This document shows positions 1 to 11,687 of a stretch of DNA of 64,000 nucleotides, piece after piece. This stretch comes from Nitrospirota bacterium (GTDB taxonomy: Bacteria > Nitrospirota > UBA9217). The position numbers and the translations under genes are program-made. The stretch covers positions 1,184,001-1,248,000 of the forward strand of contig CAVUCU010000001.1 in NCBI GenBank assembly GCA_963740085.1, read 5' to 3'. The notes beneath the pieces were generated by a model. That model searched no databases and had not been told where the DNA came from. It was given only the letters and a program-made list of their open reading frames with translations. The first letter of the stretch is position 1. Every line of letters starts with the position of its first letter.

Positions 1-32
1 ACTTTGTGCTCTCTGGGAATTGTGTGGCTAAA
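1..32. repeat. Right arm of a 9-mer-periodic intergenic palindrome (left arm outside the window)
   Basis: ctttgtgctctctgggaattgtgtggctaa resembles the right arms at 11400-11429 and 18380-18408. Confidence 0.5.
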
Positions 33-93
33 AAGCTTTTCGCCTTTATCAGATTTCACCTTCCTCTAAAAGCTCTCTTCCTGATCATACCGT

Positions 94-1742
94 TCATTTA
101 GCACTCTTCCGGAGACGCGCTCTATTTTCCTCGGCACGGGGGATGTAATCCCGATATTCCAGAGGTACGTTCTTCAGGAACAGGTCGTACTGGGCCGCCG
201 CCTCCTCCGGCCTCCCTGTCTTCTCGAAAACAAGGGCCAGATTAAAGCGGGCCATCGCGTTGGCAGGGTCGGCATCAAGGGCGGCCTTGAACCAGTGTTC
301 GGCCTTGCCAAGATCCCCCTTGACCGCGGCGAAAGAGCCGAGCTGGGTCATCGCGCCGGAATTCGCCGGGTCAAGGCGGAGTGTCTCCAGCCACTCCCGT
401 TCCGCCCCTTTCAGGTCGCCTGCGTCTCTCAGCGAGTTGCCCAAATTGAAGTGTCCGACAGAGGAGCCGGGGTCCGTTCGCACCACACTGCCAAAGAGTG
501 CGATATCGTCTTTCCAATCCCGGTTCCGGTTCGCAGTCACCCCGCCGAGCAGGACCAGGACAATTGCCGCAACGGTCGCAAGCGCCTTGCTGTTGTGCGA
601 CTTCCGATACAACGCATATCCGCGGTCCGCGACGATGACCCAGAGCCCGATTGCAGGGAGGTACAGATAGCGCTCGGCCATGGGGGTGCTCGGTATCGGT
701 ATAATGTTGGAGATCGGCAGATAATTCAGCGCAAACCAGAACAGGCCTATCAATACGGGAACGCTTCTGGTCCGGAGAAGAAGCCATAGTACAAAGACGA
801 TCAGGGCCCAGACCGGAATGAGCCACGGCATATCGCCGATGGTCGGAGCGGAAACGGAATGCATGATATTCAAATCCGAGGGAAAGAGGAGAAGCCGAAG
901 GTATTGCGGGATCACGATAAGGTTGCCTGCCAGCCTGCCAGGCAGGCCGGCGATGATGCCGGTTGAGCCGACGGCCCCGCCTACCGCAAGAACCCTTAGG
1001 ACCGCGTAGGCCCCCGCGAACGCAAGGTGAGGAAGGAGCACAGCGATTTTCATCTTCGGTAAGTTTTTTCCTGAGCCGGAATCGTGAATACCATGGCGGC
1101 CATTACGACGATCGCAAGGGCGGCCGGCTCCTTGCTCAAGAGCCCCAGGAACCAGAGGAAGCCTGACAAGACCAGCCGGCCCCAGGAACCCCTCATCAAC
1201 CCCTCATGGAAAACAAGGATCGACGACAGGACGAAGAAGAGGCTGAGGAGGGTGTTCCTTGCAGAGAGGAAGTTGACGGCTTCCGCGTTGATCGGATGCA
1301 CGGCGAACAGAGCTGCTGCCAGCACGGCCGGCGCTGCCGTGCGAAAGAAGCGAAGACCCAGGAGGAAAAGAAGAAGGACGTTCAACAGGTGGATCAGCAC
1401 ATTAACGGCGTGGAAACCCGCCGGCCGCATGCCGAAGAGCTGGTAATCGAGAAGATAGGAAGCGCGGTTCAGGGGCCGGTAGTAGGGCTTCACCACGTCG
1501 GGCGAGAGCATCAGCGTCGCTGCTCCGGACAGGTCCCGCACCGCCGGATCGTTGACGATGATGAACTCATCGTCCCAGACGAATCCATTGACGAGGCTGT
1601 TGCCGTAGACCGCGAGAGTGAGCAGGGCAAGGAACAACAAGGCGGCGCGATTGCCCCGGATAGCGGACAGCGCTGCGATGCTCATGATGCCGGCCCAGGC
1701 GAGAAGGGAGTACGATGTCGTTGTTGCCTCATGCGTGACCAT
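94..1742 (-). CDS. TMTC-like GT-C glycosyltransferase with C-terminal TPRs (split by one frameshift)
   Basis: ORFs 1050..1817 and 94..1053; motifs FVWDD, YYRP, FHAVNVLIH, HPINAEAV, AERYLY, RNRDW, then TPRs; one extra base in the T6 run at 1064-1069 joins the frames; start codon uncertain. Confidence 0.85.
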
Positions 1743-1862
1743 CTCCTTGCTGCATATTATATGATTCAACGCCGACGCGGAACAAACCTTTACAACTTGT
1801 CTACCACGGATATTCACCGATTTGCACGGAACTAATTATTGATTTTAAATCTTCATAATATA

Positions 1863-2093
1863 TTAAGAATCTATGAGACTAATTCTTGTGTTCAGCCGAT
1901 TCCCGTTCGGTAACATGTTGAGTTCGAGATACTGCCTGGCATCGACGATGAAGTATGATAGGAAGCTTATGTTGAACCTTATTTTCTTGAATGAAATCGG
2001 GCCGGATATTGGCCACTAAAACTGCAGACATCGATAGTGCAACGTTCTGCACAAAACTACCTCATAGACTGTCTCGATAAGTCTTTGGCCCAT
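1863..2093 (-). pseudogene. Decayed GxxExxY protein
   Basis: Manual translation MGQRLIETVYEVVLCRTLHYRCLQF*WPISGPISFKKIRFNISFLSYFIVDARQYLEL lines up with the GxxExxY family pattern; internal TAG at 2016-2018; shares the ggacgagataat leader with the intact copy. Confidence 0.7.
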
Positions 2094-2208
2094 TTCATAT
2101 AAATTTATTATCTCGTCCATGATATTCCGTGGCCTTTTCCGTGGTAAATGGTTGAAAAAACATTTACTACTTGCTTACCACGGATTTTCACTGAATTACA
2201 CGGAACAA

Positions 2209-2583
2209 TCATAAAACTCTTCTTATAAATTCAAAGGTATCTCCGCCAAAATTAAACAAAAGGCCTACTCTAAGTTTGGTTGTCTTAAGATAATTTATCA
2301 GTTGTGCTTCGTCCTGCCTGGATATTTTCTTTATCGCCTTATTTTCTAGAAGTATTTTATTTTCCACTAAGAGATCGGCACGAAACCTACGTTCAAAAAT
2401 AGCATCCTTATAATGGACATCTAACTCCTGTTGCCTTTGATAGGCTATCTTCAGTGAATTGAGTTCATAACATAAAGCATCTTCATAAACCGATTCCAGA
2501 TAACCTGGTCCAAGTTCTTTATGTACTTCCCGACCCGCCCCGATAATTTTATATGTCAGCTCTTCATATAATAAATTATTCAT
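2209..2583 (-). CDS. GxxExxY protein (PD-(D/E)xK-like nuclease fold)
   Basis: 124 aa; LGPGYLESVYE, RADLLVE, ENK, QLINYLK, GLLFNFG. Confidence 0.95.
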   Translation of the reverse strand: MNNLLYEELTYKIIGAGREVHKELGPGYLESVYEDALCYELNSLKIAYQRQQELDVHYKDAIFERRFRADLLVENKILLENKAIKKISRQDEAQLINYLKTTKLRVGLLFNFGGDTFEFIRRVL

Positions 2584-2682
2584 TATCTCGTCCGCAATAT
2601 TCCGTGGCTTTCCCGTGGTAAATGATGGAAATAACCCTTACGCCTTGTTTACCGCTGATTTTCACAGAATTACACGGAACAA

Positions 2683-2718
2683 TCAAAAGATTCTTCTTAT
2701 AAATTCAAAGGGGTCTCC
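2683..2718 (-). pseudogene. 3'-terminal remnant of a GxxExxY gene
   Basis: Reads GDPFEFIRRIF* versus GDTFEFIRRVL* at the end of the intact gene. Confidence 0.75.
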
Positions 2719-2806
2719 GTGATATTCCGTGGCCTTTTCCGTGGTAAATGCCTCAATTTAATTTTTATTCAACCCTGATAGTTGCCAAAATTTTCACCTT
2801 CCCTTA

Positions 2807-4663
2807 CTACGGAGATCTCTTCTTCATGCGCATCGCCTCATCGAGGCTGCGGCGGGCCTGCGCGAAGTCCGGTTTCAGCCGCAGGGCCTCGGTAAAATGC
2901 TCGATGCTTTCATCGATGTGCCCCTGCCGTAAGAGCGCAACGCCCAAACCATAGTGCGCATCCGCATAGTCCGGCTTTATCCGCAGGGCTTCCTTAAATT
3001 GCACGATGCTTTCATCAAGTTTTCCCTGCGAGCCCAGGATGACGCCGATGATGTGGTGTATCCCTTCGTTTTCGGGATCACTGCGGAGTCCCGCATAATA
3101 TTGATCAAGCGCCTCGTCATTCCTGCCTTGATTCATGAGAACAAATCCAAGCAAAAAGTGTGCTTCCGAGGAGTCGGGTTTCAGGCGCAGTGCCTTGTTC
3201 TGCGTAGACCGCGGCTTCATCCATTCTCCCCTGCCTGACCAGGACATTTCCCATGCCGATCAGCGCGCGGTCATATTCGGGCCAGATCCGCAGGGATTCG
3301 GAATATTGGGTTATCGCTTCGTCAAACCTGCCGTTCTTGGCAAGGGCAAGGCCCAGGGCTTCATGAGCGATGTAGTTGCCGGAAACCGACGATGCTGCAT
3401 GGCTGAAAAGGGTGATGCTGTTCTTCCAGTAGCCGAGCTGGAGCCAGGTGACGCCGAACACGCAATGAGCAGGATGATGGCGACGGCCGACACGGCAGCG
3501 CGCCGGACCCGGTCGTTCCCTGCCGCGATCCGCATTCCCCATGCCAGCATGATGAAAATTCCGATGAGCGGCAGGTAGGTGTAGCGGTCCGCCATTGACT
3601 GGCTCCCGACCTGTACCAGGCCGATGACCGGCACGAGCGTCACGAGATACCACAGCCAGCCGACCAGAAAATACGGGTGCCGCTTAGCCGAGCGTATCAC
3701 CAGGAACGATACCCCCCCGAGGAACGCGCCGGCGAACAGTCCCTGCGCTATCGTCAGCGTGATCGGCAGCGGATAAAGTACGGCGAGGTCAACCGGCCAG
3801 ACCATCTTGGCCAGGTAAAGAACGTAAGCCCACAGCGCGTTGATAAATCGGAAGGTAATTGGCACCACCTTGATGGAAGACATCGCCCCGCCTTTGTGTT
3901 GCGCATAGATGGTAACGATGCTGGAGGCAGCGGTGAGAGCGAAGAAGGGGGCCTTCTCCCACAGTAAACTCCAGGGGAAGCGTTTTTGAGCCGCCGAAGC
4001 GGGTTCTTTCCGCGTCAGCAGGCCGGCCTGCCCGAACTGGAGACGCCCGAGGGGCCAATAATCCAGCAGCAGGAGAACGATCGGCAATGTCACCAGCATA
4101 GGCTTTGCCATGAGGCCAAGAGCGAAGGAGCAGAGGGTCAATAGGTATCTCGTGGGTCCCGGACGTTTGACATACCAGGCATACAGCAGCAAGGTAACCA
4201 TCCAGAAAAAAGCGCTCAGAACGTCCTTGCGCTCCGCCACCCATGCGACAGATTCCACGTGGAGGGGATGGAGCGCGAACAGGGCGGCGACAAATACGCT
4301 TTGCCAGTATGCACCGGTCATCCTTAACAGAAGCAGGAACAGCAGGACTGTGTTGATCGAATGGAACAGCACATTTACGAGATGGTGAGGGCCTGGATCG
4401 AGTCCGAACAACTGGACATCCAGCATATGCGACAACCATGTCAACGGGTGCCAGTTGGACGCGTAGGTGGAGGTGAACGCCCAGATGAATCCGTCCGCGG
4501 TCAAGCCTGGTCTTACATGGGGATTTTCGAAGATGTACTTCCCGTCATCGAAGTTCACGAACTGGTAACCGCCAACCTGCCAGTAAACCGCGAAGGTAAC
4601 GACGATCATGAGCAGGCTCATCAGTGTCTTGTTCTGCATGGCTTGTGTTAAGGATGGTCGCAT
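2807..4663 (-). CDS. TMTC-like GT-C glycosyltransferase with C-terminal TPRs (two frameshifts)
   Basis: ORF pieces 3311..4663, 3117..3653, 2807..3247; motifs FVNFDD, NWHPLTWLSH, HPLHVESVAW, ERKDVL, ADRYTY, then multiple TPRs; frame switches near 3457 and 3200. Confidence 0.88.
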
Positions 4664-4775
4664 AGTTAGATCCGGATACCTTTCCGATGCTTACATCTTC
4701 CGCTAGAATTAGACTGTCTCTTCAGTATTATTTCGCAATTACTCCAGTCCTCTGAAAAAAGCATGAATAAAGACT

Positions 4776-4897
4776 TTGCCACAAAAAGCACATAAGTCAC
4801 AAAATGAGCTTCATAATTTCAATGGTTTGAAAACCAAAAATACACAACAGTATAATATCTCTTTTTTCATGTTTGAGTCCTTCGTGTTTATGTGGCC
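4776..4897. repeat. Intergenic 9-mer-periodic palindrome
   Basis: gccacaaaa-agcacataa-gtcacaaaa (4778-4804) pairs with tttgagtcc-ttcgtgttt-atgtggc (4872-4896). Confidence 0.7.
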
Positions 4898-4988
4898 ACC
4901 ACCACGAAGGAGAGGTAAGAAATTGGTCAAGGATGTATCTACACTTGATCTGAGTTATATTTCGACACCTTATTTTTGAGGTCATCGG

Positions 4989-6782
4989 TCAGATAAAGCG
5001 CCAGCCGCCTTCGATAGTTCCATTGCCCTCTGTTCCGGCGGACACTGATTCATCGGTTTGCCCCAAATTCATCAGAGCTATCGCATAGTTATGGTAGACA
5101 TTGCTATAAAATCGGGCCAATATGACTTCATTGGGGTTGATCGCAGGACGGGTCTCGCCCATTTCACGGACTTCAGCAGGCTCGAATCGCAGTGAGTCTT
5201 TAATGATATCTTTTACGCTCTGCCAATCATTATTGTTTACTGCTTGCTCCATTTTCGGGGTGTAAAATACATCATAGGTGGCCATGTAGTCTTGGGCACG
5301 GATCAAAGGGACATCTTCTGTCAGAGGTCTCCCCATCCAGAAGACCAATAGTCCAACCGCGAGTACGGCAAATGCAAGTCTTTGGAAATCCCGGGTCTGT
5401 ACCCATGACGAGATGCGTAACAATGCGAGTGCTGCAAAAGGAATAAGGAGAGCAATTAGAGCCACTCTGTATCGGGATAGAACATGGAAAGCCAGCAGCA
5501 TCGGCACATTGCAAATAGTCATAATAAGGATAGGCCATATTTTTTTTCGACTAGGGAACGCCAATATTAAACCGAGGACTGATAACGGTCCTAATACATA
5601 AAATGTCAGCAGGGGACGAAGGATCGAAGCATACTTGCCATATAAATAGTAATTAGTATTGTCCGGTATTTCATACCAGTGAAAAATCAAGCTAAACTTG
5701 CGCCATAGCAGTGCAAAATAACTTAGAAGTCCTGAATGAGTGCGAATTGTCTCCACGATCGCAGGCAGAATATGACCATCGCTCATTCCCATTATGGCTG
5801 ACATATATCGACTGATTATGAAACCTCTTTCGGGTGAGGCGTCCACTGTATTGTCGAGAACAAAAGTACTAGTACCTACGGCGGAAATGGATAAAGGTGA
5901 CGCCCCAACAATGATGTTGCGAACTAAAGCTGGAGAGAGTGCGACGACCACACCGACCAGCAACCCTGTTGCCATACGAAAGAATAATTTGGGATTTTTG
6001 AAGTATCGGAGGATCAATACAGCCAACAATCCAAACCAGTAAAGTGCGAATGTTGACTTGAGGAGTATTGCTGCTCCACATGTAGTGCCAACCAAGAACC
6101 AGCGAAATACAGTCTCTCGTTCCAGGGTCCGGTCAGTTAGCTCTACCAAGACCAGTGTCATAAATATGATCATCGTCGAACGATCCAGTATCATCTCATA
6201 ATAGAGCATAGGGCCACAGAGTACGGCAAGCGTAACCGCCAAGATTGCCACTAGATCACCAAAATGGCGTCGGGTGATACTGAATATCAAGGCAATATTC
6301 AGAATCCCCAAGATCATCTGCCAACAAAAAACCCAACGGACATCTGATCCGAACAGCTTATATGTGATTGCAATCAGGTAAGGATACAGAGGTTCTTGAT
6401 GAAACGTTTTCTCACCATACCAGTGATTCCACAATAAACGGGAGGGGTCAACTACCGAGGAACCCGGATCGTCAGAGACATACTTCTGAATTGCATCAGG
6501 GTTTGTCCGAAAATATTCCGCTGCAATCTCACGATGCCAATTATTATAGGGATGAACGGCCTGATCTGTAAGCCAGTCCCCCCCGGATATTTTTTTAGCC
6601 CAGTGGTCAAAAAAGTTCATGTCTGTCTCTTCCCAGAGATGTTGTGAAATTAAAGGACCGGCGTTAATTTCGGCGAAATAAATGATTCGCATAAGTCCAG
6701 CTAGAACAAGCAGTAACATCAGCACCAGCTGAAGATTTGTCTTTTTCTTGTGATTAAATATCGATATGCTGAATTGGTGCAT
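4989..6782 (-). CDS. PMT/GT39-like (GT-C) membrane glycosyltransferase
   Basis: 597 aa, multi-TM; D after TM1, EPLYPYL, PxxVRN, SRYR; helical TPR-like tail, possibly frameshifted near 5040. Confidence 0.8.
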   Translation of the reverse strand: MHQFSISIFNHKKKTNLQLVLMLLLVLAGLMRIIYFAEINAGPLISQHLWEETDMNFFDHWAKKISGGDWLTDQAVHPYNNWHREIAAEYFRTNPDAIQKYVSDDPGSSVVDPSRLLWNHWYGEKTFHQEPLYPYLIAITYKLFGSDVRWVFCWQMILGILNIALIFSITRRHFGDLVAILAVTLAVLCGPMLYYEMILDRSTMIIFMTLVLVELTDRTLERETVFRWFLVGTTCGAAILLKSTFALYWFGLLAVLILRYFKNPKLFFRMATGLLVGVVVALSPALVRNIIVGASPLSISAVGTSTFVLDNTVDASPERGFIISRYMSAIMGMSDGHILPAIVETIRTHSGLLSYFALLWRKFSLIFHWYEIPDNTNYYLYGKYASILRPLLTFYVLGPLSVLGLILAFPSRKKIWPILIMTICNVPMLLAFHVLSRYRVALIALLIPFAALALLRISSWVQTRDFQRLAFAVLAVGLLVFWMGRPLTEDVPLIRAQDYMATYDVFYTPKMEQAVNNNDWQSVKDIIKDSLRFEPAEVREMGETRPAINPNEVILARFYSNVYHNYAIALMNLGQTDESVSAGTEGNGTIEGGWRFI

Positions 6783-6856
6783 TTATACACTCCAATAGAT
6801 CAATAAAGTTACCAATTTATTCATTGCAGCTTAATGTCAAGGATAGTAATTATTTA

Positions 6857-7552
6857 TCATTCATCTACCTTTTCGAGAATTGCCACAAAATGCCATTCAG
6901 GCCGCAAAATATTTTTAATTATGGGAAGATGACCATAAATCTGAAAGCCAATATCAAATCTATTTATTTTTAAATTAAGTTCGTCGCAAATAGTTTTGAA
7001 TCTATTAATTGTAAAGTATTTCATGGGTAGAGGCACGCCATATCCCCAATTACCTATAATATCCATAAGCTTTAACACCATTCTTGAATAAAGTGAATAC
7101 TCTAAACTATCCTTTATGATGATATTTCCCCCTACTCTACGGGCCTCTTTTAATAAATAATTAATATTTTCATTTGCATGATGTAGAACGTCACAAAAAA
7201 GAACTATATCGATAGAATTATCAGCAAATGGCAAGTCTTTTCCATTAAATTTTTTGTAACAGCTCCATTTTTCGCTATCCCTAAGATTCTTTGGCAGATC
7301 ATAAATATCTAAACAGTTCCAATTTGTTTCAGGAACATTATTGGCTATTATCTCCATGATACCAAGGTCTCCACAACCAACATCTATGCACTTAACGCTG
7401 GTTCTATTCCCAACAATATCACTAAAATATTTTACAAGTATTTTGGCAAGAATATCTTTTCTCCGGCCATGGGATAATTTCTGATGAAACGCATTGATAA
7501 TTTTGTGAATAAATTTTATTTCAGCTGTATGTTTAGCAATAGGAGAACTCAT
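6857..7552 (-). CDS. Class I SAM-dependent methyltransferase
   Basis: IDVGCGDLG, LPFADNSID, DVLHH; strongly AT-rich gene. Confidence 0.9.
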   Translation of the reverse strand: MSSPIAKHTAEIKFIHKIINAFHQKLSHGRRKDILAKILVKYFSDIVGNRTSVKCIDVGCGDLGIMEIIANNVPETNWNCLDIYDLPKNLRDSEKWSCYKKFNGKDLPFADNSIDIVLFCDVLHHANENINYLLKEARRVGGNIIIKDSLEYSLYSRMVLKLMDIIGNWGYGVPLPMKYFTINRFKTICDELNLKINRFDIGFQIYGHLPIIKNILRPEWHFVAILEKVDE

Positions 7553-7584
7553 ATGGCCCTTATTAATTATAAATAAATTCGCAC

Positions 7585-8763
7585 TTAATCTAGTTTATCA
7601 GTGACATTTTTGCCAATGGGACTACTTGTTTTAATGAAAAGCATGGATAGCAGAAAACCGTTGAAAATGGCTTGAGCGGATATTGTTATGAGCGTAAGTG
7701 CTGGAATAATGCGTCTCATAGTCACTCTGTAGTCCAGGTCAGGGAAACCGGCAGAATACCAATCCCAGAATGTAAATCCGAAGATAGTTAGACCAGCAAA
7801 CCCTAGAGCTAAAGCAATAACTAATAGTTTTTCAAGTGAGAACTTTCGCAATCGCCCTATATATGGTGAAGTCGTTGGCAAAATACCTGCAAGATGCGCG
7901 TAGAGATTAGCAAACAGACCCGTAAAAATCGTCTGAATGCCCAAGACTGCCATAAAAGCTGTGGTGAGGAGTGAGTGTACATCAAGGTTGGCAGCACCAA
8001 TTCTGACTGTACCGCGAAGAAGCATTATTGCGAGGATTGATGCGATCAATACAAGAGCAAAGCCCGGATAGATAAATAACCACGTTGGGGCATGCAAAAG
8101 CATGAAACGAAGATGACGCCAGCCATCACGCCAACGCCGAAGGTGAGGCGGCCGCTCACGACCATCCTTGTACAGGTTAATTGGAACTTCAGTCATCCTA
8201 AGACCGTTGAGTTTAGCCTTGATGACCATTTCAGATGCCCATTCCATTCCTGTAGTTACTAAGCCAATTCCGAGTACTTTATCACGTCTAAAACCGCGCA
8301 TCCCACAATGGAAATCACTTGTATTAATACTGAAAAAAATTTTGCCAATTAATGTGAGTACTGGATTCCCGATGAATCGGTTCAGCTTCGGCATAGATCC
8401 AGGCATTATAGTGCCTTTGATGCGCGTCCCCATACAGACATCATAGCCCTCTTCAAGCTTTTGAAGCATCGGATACGCCTCATCAAAATGGTAGCTATCG
8501 TCGCTGTCCCCCATAATGATATATTCGCCTTCAGCATGCTCAATCCCATACTGCAAAGCGGCGCCATAACCACGTGTCGAGCAATGAATGACTCGAGCCC
8601 CAACTTTTTCAGCAATCTCTTGGCTTCCGTCAGTCGAGCCATTGTCGGAAATTAAAATTTCTCCATCAAGTTTATGCTTTTCGATAAGTTCTTTAGCTCT
8701 CCGAATACAAGCAGGTAAGGTCAGAGCTTCGTTTAGGCATGGCATGAGAATTGTTATCTTCAC
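7585..8763 (-). CDS. GT2 glycosyltransferase, polyprenol-phosphate sugar synthase-like, with C-terminal TMs
   Basis: MPCLNE, DNGSTDGS, RGYG, GDSDDSY, DFHCGMRGF, WRDGWRHL; GTG start. Confidence 0.9.
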   Translation of the reverse strand: MKITILMPCLNEALTLPACIRRAKELIEKHKLDGEILISDNGSTDGSQEIAEKVGARVIHCSTRGYGAALQYGIEHAEGEYIIMGDSDDSYHFDEAYPMLQKLEEGYDVCMGTRIKGTIMPGSMPKLNRFIGNPVLTLIGKIFFSINTSDFHCGMRGFRRDKVLGIGLVTTGMEWASEMVIKAKLNGLRMTEVPINLYKDGRERPPHLRRWRDGWRHLRFMLLHAPTWLFIYPGFALVLIASILAIMLLRGTVRIGAANLDVHSLLTTAFMAVLGIQTIFTGLFANLYAHLAGILPTTSPYIGRLRKFSLEKLLVIALALGFAGLTIFGFTFWDWYSAGFPDLDYRVTMRRIIPALTLITISAQAIFNGFLLSMLFIKTSSPIGKNVTDKLD

Positions 8764-8893
8764 TGTTTTCCGCCTTTATTCAATCTAAGCTCTAAATATG
8801 ATGTTGGCAATCTCACCTGTGTATGACAAGTTGCAGCATCAGAATTGCGGGTATTTGTACCTTCTTCAAAGATACAACTCTAGCAAATACATT

Positions 8894-11262
8894 TCAATTG
8901 CTCTGTTTACCTTTTCGTCTTTTCGTAGTCGCTGCTGATCGTTTTCTCCGCCACTCAAAAACCAACAGAGCAGTAAGTGCAAGAGCGCCTGTCAGGCTGA
9001 CGAGCCATCCGATCCGCACCTCCGGCGGGTCGTACTTCATCTCGAGGACATGCCGGCCCGCAGGCCATGGCACCGCGCGAACGAGGAAATCGGCGCGCCA
9101 TATTGGCACTTCATTGCCGTCTATCGTTGCCCTCCAGCCGGGCCAAAAAGAGTCGTTCACAACAAGAATGCCGTCGCTCGGAGAAGCGGCGTCGATCCGC
9201 AGCCGGTTGCTTTCGCGCTCAATTTCAAGCACCTGCCCTGCCCCCAGCGTCTTTGGTTGCGGCGCCCCCTCGAGAACTACTGTTGTTTCTTCCCGTGCCA
9301 GAGTTTTGACCAGGGTGTCGAGCGCGTCCTTCTCATTGGATGCGATTGCGACCTTTTCCGCGAATATTGCCCACGGACGGTGGGGCACCTTCCATCCGGT
9401 AAAGCCCCATTCACGGTTGTCCAATACCTTGACACCGTCCTGACTCGCTGCCTTGGCAACCTGCGCCTCGTCAGGAAAGTAGGGGTCCTTGATGATCATG
9501 TGCGTAACTGCATACAGCCGGAAAGCGATAGGGGAATCAAAGCCGAATTGATCGTTAAACGTCCGTATGAGCATATCAAGACGCCGGGGCCGTAACCCTG
9601 TGTAGGTGTTGAATTGATCGATGCGTGATGGAACGTTATAGGCGGGCGCTCCAAGATGCGACTGAGCGCCGATCTGGCCGTCGAATTGATCGACTCCCTC
9701 GGGGTAAAGATAATTTTTTTCGATCGGCGTCAGTATTCTTGGAAGTTCTCGGGAATCTGCAATTTGTGACAAGGGATGATCATCACGGACAGCGCGATCC
9801 CCGGAGTGCAGCGCGAACGGGGCGGCAAATGATGATTGCAAAAAAACCAGTCCGGCAACTGCCGCGGGAAAATAAATGCGGAATTGAGGACGGCGGCGGG
9901 CGACTATGAGAAGGAGCACGAGCGCCAAAAGTGTCAGGCCTGCATGCATGAGACCGATCGTCAGATTATGACGCGCAACAGGGGCCGCTCCACGTGCAAC
10001 CGCATCCGTGAACAAGGTGTCGAAACCCTGCCAATTCCCGAGGAACAGAGCCGATGCGAGGGCTGCCAAACCGGCGCCTCCCGCAAGGACTGCCCAAAAC
10101 TTCGCTGGCCGCTCTGATAATCGTTCAGAGCCGAACGCGGCAAGGACCGATAGACACAGCGTCAGGGGACCCACCATCTTTTCGGAGTAACGGAACTTTC
10201 CCCAGACCGGGATCAGGTGAGTAAGCTGCTCAGCGCCCGCGTTTGTTCCGAGTGCGAGCCACAGGAGAATCAGTGATGAGATGCCCAGTATGCGGGTCGA
10301 GCGGGAACGCGAGACCCCGCCTGCTGCCAGTACAAGGACACCTGCCCCTACAAAGACGCTCGGAACAAAAGGCAGTTCGAAGCCGGTCTGTATTTGTCCC
10401 CCGAGCCACATGAAAACAGGCCATTTTTCCAATCCTGCCGCGGCACTGCCAAAGAAGCCCGGAACGATAAACTCTATGATCCGCCACGGTGAAAGGGCCC
10501 ATTGCACGCGGTCAAGGCTGTCCAGCCCTGTTGCACGGGATACTTCGCGGAAATACACCATCGTCGGTATCAACTGGATCCCCGCGAGCGCAGTGCCGAT
10601 GGCGACCCCGATCAAAGCGTTTTTGAAGCCCCCGCATCCCGCCCGCTTCGATAGCCAATGCAGTTCCCAGGAGCATGGCCATGAGCGTCCACTCGGGGTC
10701 GCCGGCAAAATGGAGCGCTGCAACAGCAGCCGCGGCCGCAACGATCCCAAAGCGCCGCCCGTCACCCGCCATTCGCAGCCCAATGAGGGCCCATCGGGGC
10801 AATGGCAGCCGCGCCCAGGTACTGGATGATCGAGCCCATCCCCAGGACGTATCCCGAGAGCCCATAGCCAAGGCCCGCGACGGCTGCGGACCCCCACGAA
10901 GCGCCGAGGACACGCGCCAGCATCGCGCTGCCGATGGCCGCAAGCATGATATAGATGAGGATAAAGACATCCATTCCCGCGTTCGGGAACAGGAATGCGC
11001 CGATCAACGATATGGGGTGAAGGACCCCGTGCATCATTTGCGCGAAGAGCGGGATGCCGAGGGCTTCGTGGGGGTTCCAGAGAGGAAGCTGGAAATTCCG
11101 CAATGCCTCGACAACGAGAGTACGTACAGGCTGGAACAGCTTCGAGGTGTCCCGCCAAACCAGGGTATGGCCTGATATGAGCACCAGGAGCGCCGGAAGG
11201 ATCGCTCCAACGGCTATCGCAGACATCCACAGGATTGAAAGCTTGTTTTTGTTTATTGTCAT
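8894..11262 (-). CDS. YfhO-like GT-C membrane protein (two frameshifts)
   Basis: N-terminal WRD...PLWNPH..G.P (ORF 10762..11262); middle in ORF 10512..10970; C-terminal DSFWPGWRATIDG...GRHVLEMKY (ORF 8894..11230); frame switches near 10800 and 10630. Confidence 0.85.
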
Positions 11263-11335
11263 CGAGAGGTTGCGATCCAGTCGTGGCCTTTTGTTGTCAT
11301 TTTACTTTATTCTTAACTGCTCAGGTCAAACCCCG

Positions 11336-11429
11336 TTAGCCGCAGAGAACGCAAAGAACTCAAAAATACTTGGATCTTGCATTTATTTGATGAATTTATC
11401 TCTGTGTTCCCTGCGTTCTTTGTGGTTAA
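11336..11429. repeat. Intergenic 9-mer-periodic palindrome
   Basis: ttagccgcagagaacgcaaagaactcaaaa pairs with ctctgtgttccctgcgttctttgtggttaa. Confidence 0.8.
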
Positions 11430-11687
11430 TACATTTTCCACAATATTCTCCTGAGTGCTTACCTTTATTCATTGCGAGATGTCAGCATACCATGGCGAGG
11501 TTGTCGCTATCAATAATAATATGAGAGATGCTTGATGTGGCAGTACGACTGAGAACCTTGTCCATAGAAACGCCGGGCAAACTATTGGCAGATCCAGACG
11601 AACAGACACCGCCATAGGCTGCAGCGTAATCAGACGGAAAAAAGTTCCCCTTTGCGCGGACGCGTCACTTCCATGAGCAGAACAGTC

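Larger units (their letters stand above)
1776..2747. mobile_element. Three tandem inverted-repeat-bounded GxxExxY cassettes (1801-2147, 2175-2621, 2649-2747)
   Basis: Left arms (t/c)taccacgga...cacggaa at 1801-1831, 2175-2205, 2649-2679; right arms ttccgtgg...ccgtggtaa at 2125-2147, 2600-2621, 2725-2747; similar 27-bp spacers between units; mobility is inferred. Confidence 0.6.

Noticed and set aside
1064-1069. Programmed frameshift or phase-variable tract
   Set aside because: A T6 run is short, and similar indels occur at non-slippery sites, so sequencing error is more parsimonious
1801-2747. CRISPR array or integron attC cassette array
   Set aside because: Only three units of very unequal length, all GxxExxY-derived; no cas or integrase gene in the window and no clear attC core sites
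11460-11680. Short hydrophobic minus-strand ORF or gene remnant
   Set aside because: Under 60 aa, no RBS and no recognisable motif
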